Assembly: GCA_026023565.1 (NCBI GenBank)
Contig: JAPETS010000014.1
Location: forward strand, 620,001 to 683,666
From: Cirrosporium novae-zelandiae
Lineage: Eukaryota
Length of the DNA: 63,666 bases
Direction of reading: 5' to 3'
Shown: piece after piece, positions 37,219 to 50,768 of the stretch
Layout: each line of letters opens with the position of its first letter
Position numbering within the stretch: the first letter of the stretch is position 1
Notes under the pieces: model-generated
Seen by the model: the letters and a program-made list of their open reading frames with translations, nothing else
What the model was told of the DNA's origin: nothing
Database searches by the model: none
Program-made: the position numbers and the translations under genes

Positions 37219-39106
37219 TCAAATTCTGGGGCTTGAGTACGGTGCCATTGGATCCCAGTGGTTGTCATGGATTTGTGATCTTGGTTGGTGAGCATCAGAT
37301 GCACTGCGTACTGGAGAAGTATGGTCGAATCTCCTAGGTGGATACGGGGTGGAGAAACTGTTGGACGGAACATGATGACGCATTGCAGCCACGGAAGGCG
37401 GCTGTGGACGCGAAAAGCTTCCGACTGGTGACCTATAGTTAGATCTGCTTGTAGTTGGGCTTTTTGGACTAGAAAAGCTACCCTGGGGAGAGGTATATTT
37501 ACGGTCTTGACTGAAGTAATCGTTGCTGACTTCGGAGTTGGTGGCTGGTGAGAATGAGATCCCTTTTCCACTGTCGGTAGAGTCTGAAACCAGGTGTGCC
37601 GAGCTCTTGACGTTGGTATTTAGGTTCATGAGTGGCATCGGTGTTGTTAGCATTTCATAAGTCCGAGGATCATTGGAAAGGCGACGTGCATCAACTGATA
37701 CAAACTCCTTTTGCCGGCGGGCAAATTTTTCTTTGAAGAATTCAATCCAGCCATTCAACATTGATCGTTGACCCAAGAGAACCAGGTTGAATATCCCGTT
37801 GGTCGATAGCAACACCAAGACAGCAATCAAGGTTGCTTCGTTAATCATCAAGTCGCTAGCCTTGGACATACACTTGTTCTTGTTCCCTTTGGTCATGATT
37901 AGACATTCCAACCACGGTACTGCCTTTTCCATGTTGCTTGTCGAATGTTTGGAGCTATTGTCCATCTTGAGGAAGACGATTGAGAAAAAAGTGACGTCGG
38001 CAATGATGATTAGTACGATTGCAAGTCCGCGCCACTGCATTTGTATAACCCGGCGCACACGACGGTAAGTTTGCCTGGCGGTCACCGAACGGGCACTGTT
38101 GGTATAAGAAGGGAGAGCGGAAGTTTCCGTTGTGGGTGAGTCCTCCATGAGCGACTTCAAATAGACTTTGACACAGTATATCAACGAAGCTATTTGAAGT
38201 ATTGCAGAGGCGCCACAAAACGCCAATAGAGGACCCCAAAAATCCTGAATCCCCAGGTGATGGTTAACGTGGCATGTTTGTCCGAATCGATAGGAGAACC
38301 CGGTCAGCGAAAGGGTTACGGCCAGTATCACTGCAGGCACTCCCCATCCTACAAGCAGTGAGAGGTAAAAGAATTTCTGGGAGAGTGTTCGTTCCCAGAC
38401 GATTTGTAGGTGGAGTGACAACGATCGAAGAAACACTGTATTAATTAGTACCTGGCAAAATAAAAGTAATTTTGGTTCATACCCCACATGACACCAGACC
38501 AGCCACCAAACGCCACAAATGATCCCGACCAAGCGCATGTCATGTCAGTATGCATATCATTTGGGGTGATGATATCGTAACATTGACTTGGTTGCGCGGC
38601 CAACGGTACCACGAAAGCAAGCTGACAATCATTTAGCATCAACACGCTTGGATTGAATAAGAATAACTGACTTGCATAACTACCAGAGCCATGGTCAGAC
38701 ATATCTGTAGATAGTGTCGATGTGTATATTTTATAGGAAGAACGGCGTAGGACACAAGAAGGCCAATTGAGCAAGCCAGGCCAGCAACGTTAATCCAGGC
38801 TGCTGCTGTAGACGCTGTCTGAAAATCTAATTTAGAGTTAGTAGATATCTATATATTTTTAGAACATTCAAGTCATACTATCAGGGTAGAACCAGTTCAC
38901 TGATGGGCACGGTAGGCAACAGCTTTGGTTGGTTCCAGATACATCTGCGCAGTATCTTCCCTCAACATCTACACAACCATCAGTACAACATTCTTACGAG
39001 ATAAGATGGTGAGACCCTTACAGCCACCGCTATTCCCAAAAAAAGATTCCTGTATAAAGGGCGCCGGGCAGATGCCACGATAGGCAGAGTCAGAGGTGTT
39101 CGCCAT
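37219..39106 (-). CDS. Fungal 7TM receptor, GprM-like
   Basis: Five exons from ATG 39106 (MANTSDSAYRGICPAPF). Cys-rich N-terminus GRYC...SCCLPCP..NWFYP, CYDIITPNDMHTDMTCAWSG, FLRSLSLHLQIVW, GWGVP, YRFGQTCHVNH, QMQWRG, seven hydrophobic segments. Confidence 0.82.
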
Positions 39107-42100
39107 CCGTTGTGTTCAATAACTAAATAAAAAAAAGTCCTGCGTGATTCCAAAGGGTGCTCGTAGGGAGGTCGTGCGGCCACGATATATCAATCTAATG
39201 GAAAGGGTACGTGTCGAGTTGGTGATGCATGAAGAGTCAAGGGGCCAATGCGCGGCATATGGTTAATTGGATGAGGCAGAGGGGCTGTACAATGAAAAGA
39301 GAGACGTTGTTAGGAATTGAGGTAAAAGATGTGTTTCATGATTGCAAGGAAAGAGAATGCATGAAGTATCAATGGAATATAACAATAAAGATCCGGAACC
39401 AGGGAAAGGGTTGAGCAACGTGCGAGCAGTCGGGGGCCGAGGAAGATGAAATAACAGACGGCGAGGTTCCATGGATACCATCATGCTTATCCGGCAATAC
39501 CAAATGCCGTATGGAATATTTCTTACACCAAGTGGTATCTGTGCTCCAAGGTCCTTGGAGGACCTACCCAAGCAGAGGCTTTACCAGTTGGGTGCATGAG
39601 CAACACAGAGTTCCCGTGTCAAGGATTCAGCGTTGCACTTGTTTCTGTGTATCGGGCGTACCAGATACCTTGCCCCTCTACGGCAACGTCAGCTAGCAAG
39701 TACTGGTACTGTTTAGTCAACCCCAGCGGTCGGCAAGATGACTGCTGACTGGGGTGGGTTGATGGCTCCTGGCTTCGCAACTAACCTTGATGGATAGATT
39801 CGACGGTTCCTCAATAGCAGGACCCAAGAGGCCGTGCAAACTGTGGGGAACATGGCTTCCGAGAGGTCCTCTTCGGACACCAATGAGATAGGGCTTCACA
39901 TCCGGCTCACCAGTAAACCCACCAAACCATGTTTTTGCGAGCTTCCTTTCTCTCCTTGGGCGCCCCTTGAGCGTTTATTTTGCGCTTTGCCGCTGATCTG
40001 GAGACCAATGCACCATTTTGGTTTGGGGGAAATGTGATTCAGCAGGTTTGCCGCGTTCATTCGTTGTCGGCAGGCAAATTATGGAACTTGGCGAGAACCA
40101 GTCAGCGCGCAGAACGCAGAGGTAACAGCCATGACCCATTTTGCGGAAGACGGTCCAGGCAAATAAAATCGGTACAGATACAAGACAGGTTTCAATACGG
40201 TCTCCTGAGGTAGTTACTAGGTCAGCACTAGATTCCAGGAACAGAGTACAGGTACCAATGGTTCAAAAAAAAGTAGATTTTGGCCAAATATCCAGTGATC
40301 ACTAACTATGCTAGCTATCACGTCGTTAAAGCTGAAGGGGTCCAAGTGCAGTGGTGGCCAGCCCTGTCAATTGCAACGTGCAACAGGGTCAACGAAAATC
40401 TAAAAGCCAGTTTGAAAGAAATCAAGACGAATCAGACGAATCAGACGATAGCCAAGGACCAGAGGAGTCAAGGGGGGCGACTGTAAAAAAGATCCAAACC
40501 AAATTGGGGAGAGGACCAAAGTGGAAGCAGAGAAAGAAGTGGAAGAGGTGGCCAAAAGAGTGAAAGAGAGCAAAGAGAGAGGCTTAGCGTTGTGGTTGGC
40601 CGATGGTCGGAATTACGGGTCGGAGGAAGAAATTTGGAAAAGATTTCTCTAACAGGGGCTCTCCGCTTCCAGCATCATTTTTTCACACTTCTTTCTTTCT
40701 CCTTCCTATCCCCTTGGAGTAAGAAGCAACAAATAAATTAACCGTCGTCATATATCTACAAATATCTTTGATGCTTTTTTTGTGCTTATCCAATGCTTTT
40801 CAATCTTTTGATTTTTTTGGTACTGTCATTATCCATTTCGAGAAATCCTTTTTACGTCAAGCAGTTAGACCAGCGTACCTGGTACTGCTGAATTGCTTTG
40901 ACTTTGAGGTCAGGATCAAGGTTTCGGGGTAAAATAATGGTGAAAGAGTGTATTCGAGTCAAAAGAGTCTGTTTGGCTGAGGATCAGGTACTAGAGCCTA
41001 ATCATTATCAACCGGTGGAGACATTTAGAAAATTCATCGAATCATTCGATTAAGGATGTCCCCTGTGCCCCTGGACAAGATTTGCATGCATCATCGATTC
41101 TTTATGACATGCTTGAAACCTTGGCCGTTGGGCCGACCTTGTTGAAGTAAACTGAAGTAACTTGACTTGTGTACGTCGGTCCTGGATTTCGAGGCCATGT
41201 TTAAACTAGTCCAGTCGGTCGATAACCTAACAAGGTCGCTAAGAGGGATTCGAAGTATCATTCTCAACAAAAAAAGAAAGAAAGAAGATCTGGAGAGTAT
41301 GGTACCACTGAACCGATTCATTAGTCAATGAAAAGATGTATTTACTATGTATTTACTATTTATTTACTACTAATTATTCACTCGCTCTCAGACCTCCTTC
41401 ATCTATGCATCACAAATAATGTAGTTGCTAGATGGAATCATTGAATCATTGGGGGAAGGGGGGGGGGGAATCTATCAAAAGCCCCGATCCCCATTCTTTC
41501 ATTCCCCATGAAAGTCTTGTTTGTCTGTTCATCCACACAGAAATCAACCCGAGCCTCGGTCACTTAGACTTTTAGGCCCCACCACACCTAACGGGACAGG
41601 GCACACCCCTCATAGGTCCAATCCACCACCTCCCATCACCACCTATCACCACCTATCAACATCTATCAACATCCATCAGAGTTGATTGACAGGCAAGCAG
41701 TGAAGCAATTCAAAATTATACTCGAGTCCAAAAACTATCTTTTGGCTAATGTGATCTCCATTTTGTGAAATGAGTTTGAGACATGGCTTTTTTTTAAAAC
41801 TATTATTATCCATCCGTCGTTGGCGCCTAGATTGTCACGGGACACACCTCCAAAATGAAAAAAATAAAATAAAAAAAAATAAAAAAATATACAAATATTC
41901 TCCAGCTTCCTGTTCCCCCCCCTCCCCCCCCCGATAGGTAATCATCTATATCCCTCTGTAAATCATCCACCGTAATAAAAAAGTGGCAAGCATCAAGCAT
42001 TGATAATTAACTCATCCTTACCAATATGATAACTCTAATCAAATACTGGACGTGTGAGCAATCTCCCAGTTCGGACTTCGACCTCAACAAACACTCGAGC

Positions 42101-42599
42101 CTCATGGAGGACCAAGATGCCGTGATCGTCTGTAGCGAGCCACCGTCCTCCCGAGTTTTTTGGCCTTCAATTATCTCCACATTTGGAAATCGCTTTATAC
42201 TCAGCAGACATCTAATCAATCTTGGGGGGGTGGCCTTATCAAGATTTCACATAAAAAAAATACACAAACCACAAGACCAAATCGTACCATTGCGAAAAAT
42301 ACTCATATTCTCTCTCTGTGTTCTTGGAAATCCCGAATCGCGTTGTGCTTTATGTAGTACCTGAATAATATGGCCATTGTAACACTTCTGGAGAATAATG
42401 TATAAGCGGGGCATCTTTCGTCCATGTATCCATCCTCTATACCTTTCCATCTGATTAACGCGTTTCACTGCCAAACTGTTGGAAATCGTACCACTGGAGT
42501 CTGATGGGAAGCCTTAGGTAAATATCCGTCTTGGGATGTCACCGTCGTGTTTGAATTACGACAAAATGACAAAAATCTTCAAAATCCCATCAACTTGTT

Positions 42600-43600
42600 C
42601 AAAAATTTGCCATCTGGAGTATCGCCGTCGCCTCCTTCATTTTCAGCTCCAACCTTCAAGGTATTTCCAGGTTTCCAAAAAAGGGGTCCTGATTAATTTA
42701 TTGGATCTATCAAGATTACCGCCATGGTGGTAAGTTGCCCAGATGCGAATCCTTCGACTATAACAAACTTCTCTATTAATTGCATGCTTGACATGGTTTA
42801 CTGATTATACATGGTTCCCAATGCTTCTCTTGTTTCAATCTCGAACTTTCTGTTGTTTCCTATTTCCCTGGCTGTCTAGTCCTTTGCATAAATTACTTGA
42901 CCAATGCCTCTCCCATGAAACAAATGCATTTCAAATCTATTGGATTATTCAAATTCCCATTATCGTGGTAATAAATATAGACCGTGCTAATCCTTTCATC
43001 AGCCCCAGAAAGATCTCGGTGAAGTTTGCCCTGCTGCACTGTCGTATTCAGCTTGCAAGACTGGGGTTCTTATGGCCAGGGTAAAGTAAAGCATTGACGA
43101 TTTATTGGATGGCCGATGTTGCTTTCGGTGAGTTATAACAGTGGGTTTTTACATCTATCCATTTATTCTATCTTGCCTCGGTGACCAAGAATCCTTCCGC
43201 TGATTTGACGCTTTCAATCTTCAGAGAGGCACGAGCATCACGGTTGGCTTTTGGAGATTGCAGCCAGATCTCGATGGACGTTAGACTATGAATACTACTT
43301 CTGAAGAAAAACCTACTACACCGAGCATCTTCCGCTGTAGTTGTCATCCAAATGGCTACAGCACGTAGGACCAAGTAAGTCGCAAAAAAAAGCATTCAAC
43401 TAACAACGCCACCACGCCACCAGCTCCAATTCCAGCTCCAGATGCCAACCCACGTAAGTTTTAGACCACGGGGGAAAAAAAGAAAAGGAAAAAAAGTCTC
43501 CGACCCTATCAATTCAAAGCAACACCCACATCCATCCATCAATCACTCTCATTTCTTGCATAACACGGCCAGATTAACAAGATGACATGGATATACATAC
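42600..43600 (+). ncRNA. Candidate spliced non-coding or small-peptide transcript
   Basis: Consecutive intron-like units: 42661-42714, 42730-43002 (GTAAGT/GCTAAT/CAG), 43128-43224 (GTGAGT/GCTGAT/CAG), 43375-43423 (GTAAGT/ACTAAC/CAG), plus a GTAAGT donor at 43454. The exons have stops in all frames. Confidence 0.35.
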
Positions 43601-43899
43601 TTACATACTTAAGTACTCACATTCTCCTCCACAGCAGCCATTCTTCAGCCATCGGGATAATTTCTCCTCTTCCCTTTCAGCTTATCAGCTGTCAAAATTG
43701 GTTGGTTGGCTTTTGTCCTGTGCCTGCAGCAATTTATTCCGGCCTCGGTTTAACCAATTCATCATCTTCAAGTTTAGGTAATGTAGCTGTAGAAGATGTG
43801 CTTTACATGTACCCCGGCATAACCCAACTAATAATTAAACAAATTAATTCTTTAATTATGGTTATATCTCCGGGGCGGAGGAGGGGAGGTGATGGATGG

Positions 43900-46400
43900 A
43901 TCGGGATGTCTGACCGATCCACCTGAAAATGGAAGAAAAAAAAAGAAAATGAGGTTCCGTATACCTATACCCACTACTATCCTATACATATACATTACCT
44001 ACAAAGCAAGCACCCTCCCTACACACATACACACATACACAAACACTTCTTTTTTTCTTTTTTTCTTCTTTTATTTATATCACTTGCATACACACATCAA
44101 TCAATCAAGCAAACCAAATCAAACAAACAATCCAATCCATCCCGCCTGATTGCTTGCTTGCTCCGTGTAACCACACCATGCGCCATGCACACTACACATG
44201 CACACATGTATGCACACCACACCACGCACATGCACCCCATTGCACCATTACACCGATGCACCACCGATACATGTGGTTGCTGAGAGATCTCGTCCCATTA
44301 ACTAAACTCTTCCCGATCCTTATCCTTGTCCTGTCCAGCCTTGTCCTGTTTATATGAATTCCATATGAATTAAAACGCACCAAGCCTTGTTGCATAGTTT
44401 ATTTACTAATAATGATAATAGTGGTGGTTGTAATTATTACACGCGTGCTTGGTTGTTTGGTTGGTTTTATTCGAGGTACTGTAGGTAAGTAAGTAGGTAT
44501 AGAAATATAATAGTTAGGTACATTCGAATGTAGTTAGATGGACGGTGAGGGTAGGTGAGGGTAAGTATATGAGTACAGAAGTACTTATTCCCCCTCCCCC
44601 CCACCCTTTCTCTCCCGACCCCCACCTCGGGCATTTTCATTTTCATTTTCACTTCTCCCCTTAACATTTCACATGAAAAACCCCAACCAGTCGACTAACT
44701 AATTAAATAAATAGATTAAACAAGTATATATATATATATGTTACATCTATACCACAATGACAATAACAACAATGATAATAAATTAACGGAACAAATTTAT
44801 TCTTTATCTATTTAATTTTTTGGGTCTTCTGATGTGTATGGTATGGTATGGTATGAATGGTAATATAAAATACTATCTACAAATATGCAAACATATAGTC
44901 TATTACTCTTATCTCCTTCCCTTCCCTCCTTACCTAACTCAAAAAAAAAAAAAAAACGTGAGATATCTATCCTATCCTATCCTATCCACCAACCAACTCG
45001 AGCAAATACCTACACAGTATATATAACCCGCCTACGTTGCACTGGAATATAGGCATGAGAGTTCACCTAAGCACCCAAGTACCTAAGGTACCTATGTAGG
45101 TAAATAATAAAAAAAAAAAATTCATGGTTCTGGAATGTTGGACGTATAGATAAATAAACATATACACACAAAAAAATCCCTTAAAATACCACTCCAGCCT
45201 ATCATCTGTAACCCCCAATTCTCCATTCAAACCCCCATCCATTCATCCATTCATTCATTCACCCATCCCCCCCTCCCCCTCCCTCTCTACTCACTCCCTC
45301 CCCCCCCCAAAAAACCATACATACCTATACCTATACCCACCTCAAACCATCTTTCCCCTAATAGTATTCTTGATTGTATTGTTACTGGTTACTGTACTAT
45401 ACAAAAATAATTCAAAAAAAAAAAAAACCTCCCAGAAATAAATAAACTTGAAGATATAAAACTATCTATCCATTCAAGCCTAAATCCAAATCCAAATCCA
45501 AATCCAAATCAAAAAAATTAAAAACTATAAAAACTTTGGTTTTTGGAATTTTTTTTTTTTTGGTTTTTAGTTTTTGGTGGTACTGTAATTACGGTCAGTA
45601 GTAGTAATAGTATAAATGATTAGAATGGTAATCTGAGATTGAGGTTGAGATAGTTATGGGGAGTAGGGGAGTATTTTGGATGGTATGGATGGAGGAGAAG
45701 GAGGGGGGGAAGAGAGAGAGAGAGTAGTTCAAGTCTTGGAGTTATTTATTAATTACCTCGTTTTGTATTCTTATCCTGTCTTAATTATTTTATTTCGTTC
45801 ATTCCCTCTCACCTTCGTTACAAGCGTGACTAAATGGACTTGCAGTAAAAAAAAAATTAGTTAAAGCAACCAAGCACAATTTTACAGTTTAAAAACATCA
45901 TCAATTATCATTTAAAGGACAGTCATTTCATTAGAGAATCATTCTTCCCGAATAGTTAGATTAAGACCAGAACCGGGCTGGAACTAAACCTAAGCAAAGG
46001 GAAGTAGTAGAACTATCTATCTATAGTATCTATTTGTCATTGGCTGTGCATGGTTTGGTTGAACTGGCTAGGGGTTGGCCAAGTTGAATTCATAAATGAA
46101 TGAATCCCCCTCGTCCATTCGGATACCAAAAACCAAACCATAGCAGAGCATCACACACAAACCAAGACGGTGACACCCCCTCCCCTCCTCCCTCAAGAAA
46201 GAATGAAACCCAAATCGACCGTCACAGCTAATGCTACTTCGTAAAGAAGTAGAGAACTCAATATGTAAAAAGCTTCCCCCTACGTACAAAGAGGCCGAAC
46301 GAATAAAAGGAAGTTAAAAAGGAAACCGGAAAAGTAGACTTGGGGTTTGGTTTCCTTTTCTTCCTTTTCTTTCCACTGCTTGGTTGATATCCTCACCTCC
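43900..46400. repeat. Microsatellite / low-complexity intergenic tract
   Basis: CA-rich run 44170-44270, (AT)n, (GGTAT)n, (CCTAT)n, (CATT)n, (AAATCC)n at 45482-45510, (GA)n and long poly-A/T runs. Confidence 0.85.
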
Positions 46401-47001
46401 ACTGCCTGATTGATATCCCCCCTCAAGACCTGGAGTAGGAGATTTCTCTTTTCTAAGTTCTTCCCATCCCATCCATATCACATCATCCGGCCATTACCCC
46501 CGAATTCCTTTGGAACCTTTGGACCTCCCCAAATACATGTCTTGAGGTGTCCCAAAGGGAAAAGAAAACATGATGTAGACATTAAGTACGCCAATTGCGT
46601 ACCCGGCGATATTGGTATCTCGAAATAAAACGCATAAAAAAATCCACAAGAGAAAAAGTTGTGTTGGGCAGTAGTATTCCAGACGAAAAGGTACATAGGA
46701 TGTTATGCAAACCTTATTTACCAAGGTTTGATTGTAGATAACCATCCAACCATCGTCATGGAAAAGTTGATTTTGGAGAAACGCTGAAGCACTAAAAGAA
46801 ACCGTACGCCATCGCTGTTAAGATGAAATAAACAATGGAATAATCGAGAGGTCGTAGATGATTCACACACAAAAAATCGTTAATTCGAAATTGTGTGAGA
46901 GTCGCCCCATGAATACATACGCCGTATTCTCCTTTCCTGGTATTTCCTTATGACGCCAAATTTGAAACCGTCATGGAGCAGAGCCAACGTGAAAAATTTC
47001 C

Positions 47002-50000
47002 TTATAACATTGGAACATCTCCTGTTCTATTCCCAAGACTTTGGAAAAGTTGTTCGGGAGGTACACGGTTGATTGTAGCTCTCTTCTCGTTCCAGGCTGC
47101 GGTGGGAGCAGGCATATAGCCTTCCCTCTTGCGTCGTGCACTGAAAAGTATGAACCCGACAGCAATCAAGACGAACATGCATCCTAGGGCACATGCCAAG
47201 GCAATTGCAACAATGGCTCCGGTACTCAGAGAGCCGGCTAAAAACAAAAATATTAGCATATGATCTGAGGTCACTGGGAATACTTGAGGTAACATCCAAA
47301 CTTACCACTCGAACTAAAGTCATACTGCTGTTGCGAGAACAGTTGCGAGAGAGAGCCTGGCTCATTATCGGCTGTTGTAGAAAGTATAAATGGTGTAAGT
47401 GTGGTGCCATTGAATAATGCTGCGGATGCATTGCCGAAGTCAGGGAGATTAAGTTGGCCAGTGACTAGAAGTGATTTATCGGAATCTAGAACCGAGCTAC
47501 TGCTATGAGTTTTTGTTAGGGAAAGCACCTGGAGACCACGGATTGTTGTTGATGTTCCGAAAATATTCCCAGCACTGTGCCAACTGCTTCCGTCATATTT
47601 AAGTAAAAAGGCGGAGCCATTTGTAGCTTGGCCTGCAATCCAGGCCTGAGAAGAATCCGTGCTTGCTGCAGTGAGAGCAGTTATTGGTCCGGGAATAGTG
47701 CTCGGAGAATTGGGAGCTGCCCAAGTTTGCTTTTTGGCGTTGTATGTTGCCATCATTGTCGAGACTCCATTGATTGTCAAGTCCCCACCAGCCACGAGTG
47801 TATTCTTGCCTGTCCATGCCATGCTTGATACATTTCCACCAAGAGCACCAGGGCGATTCCATTGGGACTGTGTGGTTTGATACATGCATATCCCAGGACA
47901 ACTAAGCGAGCCAGCTCCATCAAAACTTCCGCCGACATAAACTTCTCCAGTATTAGGACGTACGGCAATCGCATTGACGCTGACATTGTCTCCAGAAAGT
48001 GCTGAAGACTGCGTTCCGACAAAGTTACCGCTTGTGATGTCATAAATAACTAGGCCATTGAGAGCAGCATTGTCGATTTGACCGGTTACCGTGCCTCCTG
48101 CGAACAAGGTGGATCCATGAAGAGCTAGAGTACGGAAAGTTGAATTTGTGTCGACGCCACTGTATATACCAGTGACGGTGTCGGATGAACCATTAATGAT
48201 GGCCAGATTATTGATGGTTGAACCGTTTGTCGCTTCTGCAGTGAAATGTCCTCCAAGAACTGTGTAATTGTCTGATCCTGATTCATAGAATAGGCCAGCA
48301 AAAGCACCGCTGCCTGTCGCTTCGGCAGTTGCTCTCTTTTTCAAAGAACTTGTTTGCGACTCAGTGGCTTCAATGTCCACAGACAAGGTGCTCAAAACAA
48401 GACTGCTGGTTCCAGACAAAGAAACGACGTCACTGGCATCCAAAGCCTGAGAAGAGATCGACCCTGCAAAAAGGGGAGCATCGGGTGCCCAAGTCAAGTT
48501 AGTTGAGTAAGAAAGTTGGCCACTGATGGCTATTGTCTGCAAATCAAGATTCTGGAGCCAGTTGCCTTTCGAAGGCACCCATATGGCTATTCCTTGGGCT
48601 GATGATGCAGAATTTCCACTGAAAGCTTGAATCTGATTGAAATGACCATTGACAAAGATGACTGTTTCGGGTGTATTTTTAGTAATATTAACGAGGAGAG
48701 GAACGATGGCAGTAACTGGGCCATTGACCCCAGCACCAAGGGCCTTCCATGTCTTGGAAGACGTATCATACTGAGCAACGTTATTGAGTCCCGTTGTTTT
48801 CTTCTCACTTGTAGCTGTAAAATTTCCACCCAAAAAGAGCAAGTTGCCGTAAGCGACCATGTCCATGACATCAGAATTCAATCCATTTTCAGAGAGCGCA
48901 GCCGCTTTGCCACTAGAAATTGAAAAAATATTGTTGTACTCTGAACCAGAGAAGCTTCCAGATATGTAGGTCGTATCATCCAAAACGTACATTGTGTTGA
49001 TAGTGGCACCGTCATTAAGGTCAGTACCAGCTTGGTCAAATACAGAGCTGGAGGTGTCAGTGGTGGTTGATGCGTCATTTGGATTGTATTCGTATATTCC
49101 GTTTAATCCTCCAGTGGAGGAGACCAATTGGAATCGAATTCTTTGCGCTACAAACGTCGAGTTTTCGCTTGCACTTGTGCTTGGAATCAAAGTGACCGAA
49201 GGACGGAAAGAGCTGCTGCTGGCATCGACATAGCCTGTGTAGATCTGATCATACTTGTCGTAATCATTTGTCTGATACAAGAGTGTCGAGATGCCATCTG
49301 GTGAGCTTGAGGTGAATGTACCTGTCACGTTGACAATGCTGCGACTTTCACAAGTTCCATCTTGGATGCAGCCAGGTGTATACATTGTGACGGTATAATT
49401 ACCAGACTGAGTAATATGGGGCTCAAAAACAACAGAGTTAGATTCAGACAAGATAGAAGCCGAATCAAGACTTGCAACGAGATACTCGGAGTTGCTGTCC
49501 AAAGATGGCGAGACAGTCCAAGACCCGGTGGTGGTAGAATTAGAGCCATCGGATACAGCGCAACTGGGTTCATTGAAGTCATTGATGGCATAAGCGTAGA
49601 TATCATCTTCAAAGAGCTCGATGCCGTTCAACCCTCCACCGCTACCATACCAGTCTGAAATATCAATTCGAAATCCACTCATGCCAACGGAGTTGACAAA
49701 GGTGAAATCTTGATATGTAACTGAACTATCATTTGTAAGTGGGCATCTTGCATCACAAGTTTTGTTTTCTCCTGATGATGGATCTGTGTAGGTAAGGTTC
49801 ATTATACCATCGATAGGAGTTGCTGTGAATCGGAATGTTTTTGCTCCCCTGCTATCTTGATGTGTATTCCATAGCCTCAGTTTGGTTGGAGTATATCCGA
49901 AGTTCATCGACGCAGTCCAGGATCCAGCCGTGTCATCTTCCAGGAGCCAGGTATCACCAGAACCATCCGTACCATCCGTCTTGCAGATGATATTCGAAGG

Positions 50001-50768
50001 AGAACTAAAACCGGACGTGGAGCTGCTACCAGTGGAAGTGATATTGGCAGTTGACAGATTAATGACTTGCTGGTTTTTCTTGCTTGGGGTTGTGGTATTT
50101 CCAAGACCAGTAAAGGAGCCACCAAAGATAATGTGCCCACTTGGAGCTTTCACGATAGAATTCACGGGCCCATTGAATCCAGCAAAAGGCATATTAGCCC
50201 AACCAGACGTACCAACCCAAGCAATCGCGTTTGTGGAGTTGGCGCCTTTGAACTCTCCTCCAACATAGACTGTATTCTGTTCATGATCGCAAAGTAGAGC
50301 GTCGACTTGTCCCGATAAACCTGATAGGGGGGTAACTTTGGTAGTGTTAGGATTGAACAGAGCGATACCTTGAGCTTCGGTTCCATCTAAGCTCGTAAAA
50401 TTCCCACCAACAATTACGCCAGCCCATTCATTACTCTTGAGCAGAAAAGGGCACATGATGTTGATTCGAGCATCAGTGGCCGCAAGACTTGAGAGGACGC
50501 CATTTGGCAATTGTGATAAGATGGCTTGGCTACCATTTGTATTGTAAGCATTTTCGGTCTGTTCATCATAGCTGTACAAAGAGATGGCGTCAAAGTCACC
50601 GGCCAAAGCAACGCGACCTAGTTGAGAAAGATCGAGGTTTGACGATGCTACAGGTGTGTAGGTCACTCCTTGCGTGACGGGAAATAGTGAAAGCCATGTG
50701 AGGCCCACGAGAACCGACATGGACATCGCTTCCTCAGTTATCGCACTGAGGAGCGAAGAACCCCTCAT
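47002..50768 (-). CDS. RAX2: Rax2 cell-polarity / cellular morphogenesis membrane protein
   Basis: Signal peptide, then LDLSQLGRVALAGDFDAISLY, repeated GG(N/S/E)F beta-propeller-like blades, PTKLRLWNTHQDSRG.KTFRF. Intron 47305-47238, then a TM segment GAIVAIALACALG..RRKREGY.PAP. Confidence 0.92.

Noticed and set aside
40325..40400. KCSGGQPCQ peptide resembling part of a Zn2Cys6 cluster
   Set aside because: Only two cysteines in frame, closed by nearby stops, and no rest of a gene. Compatible with chance.
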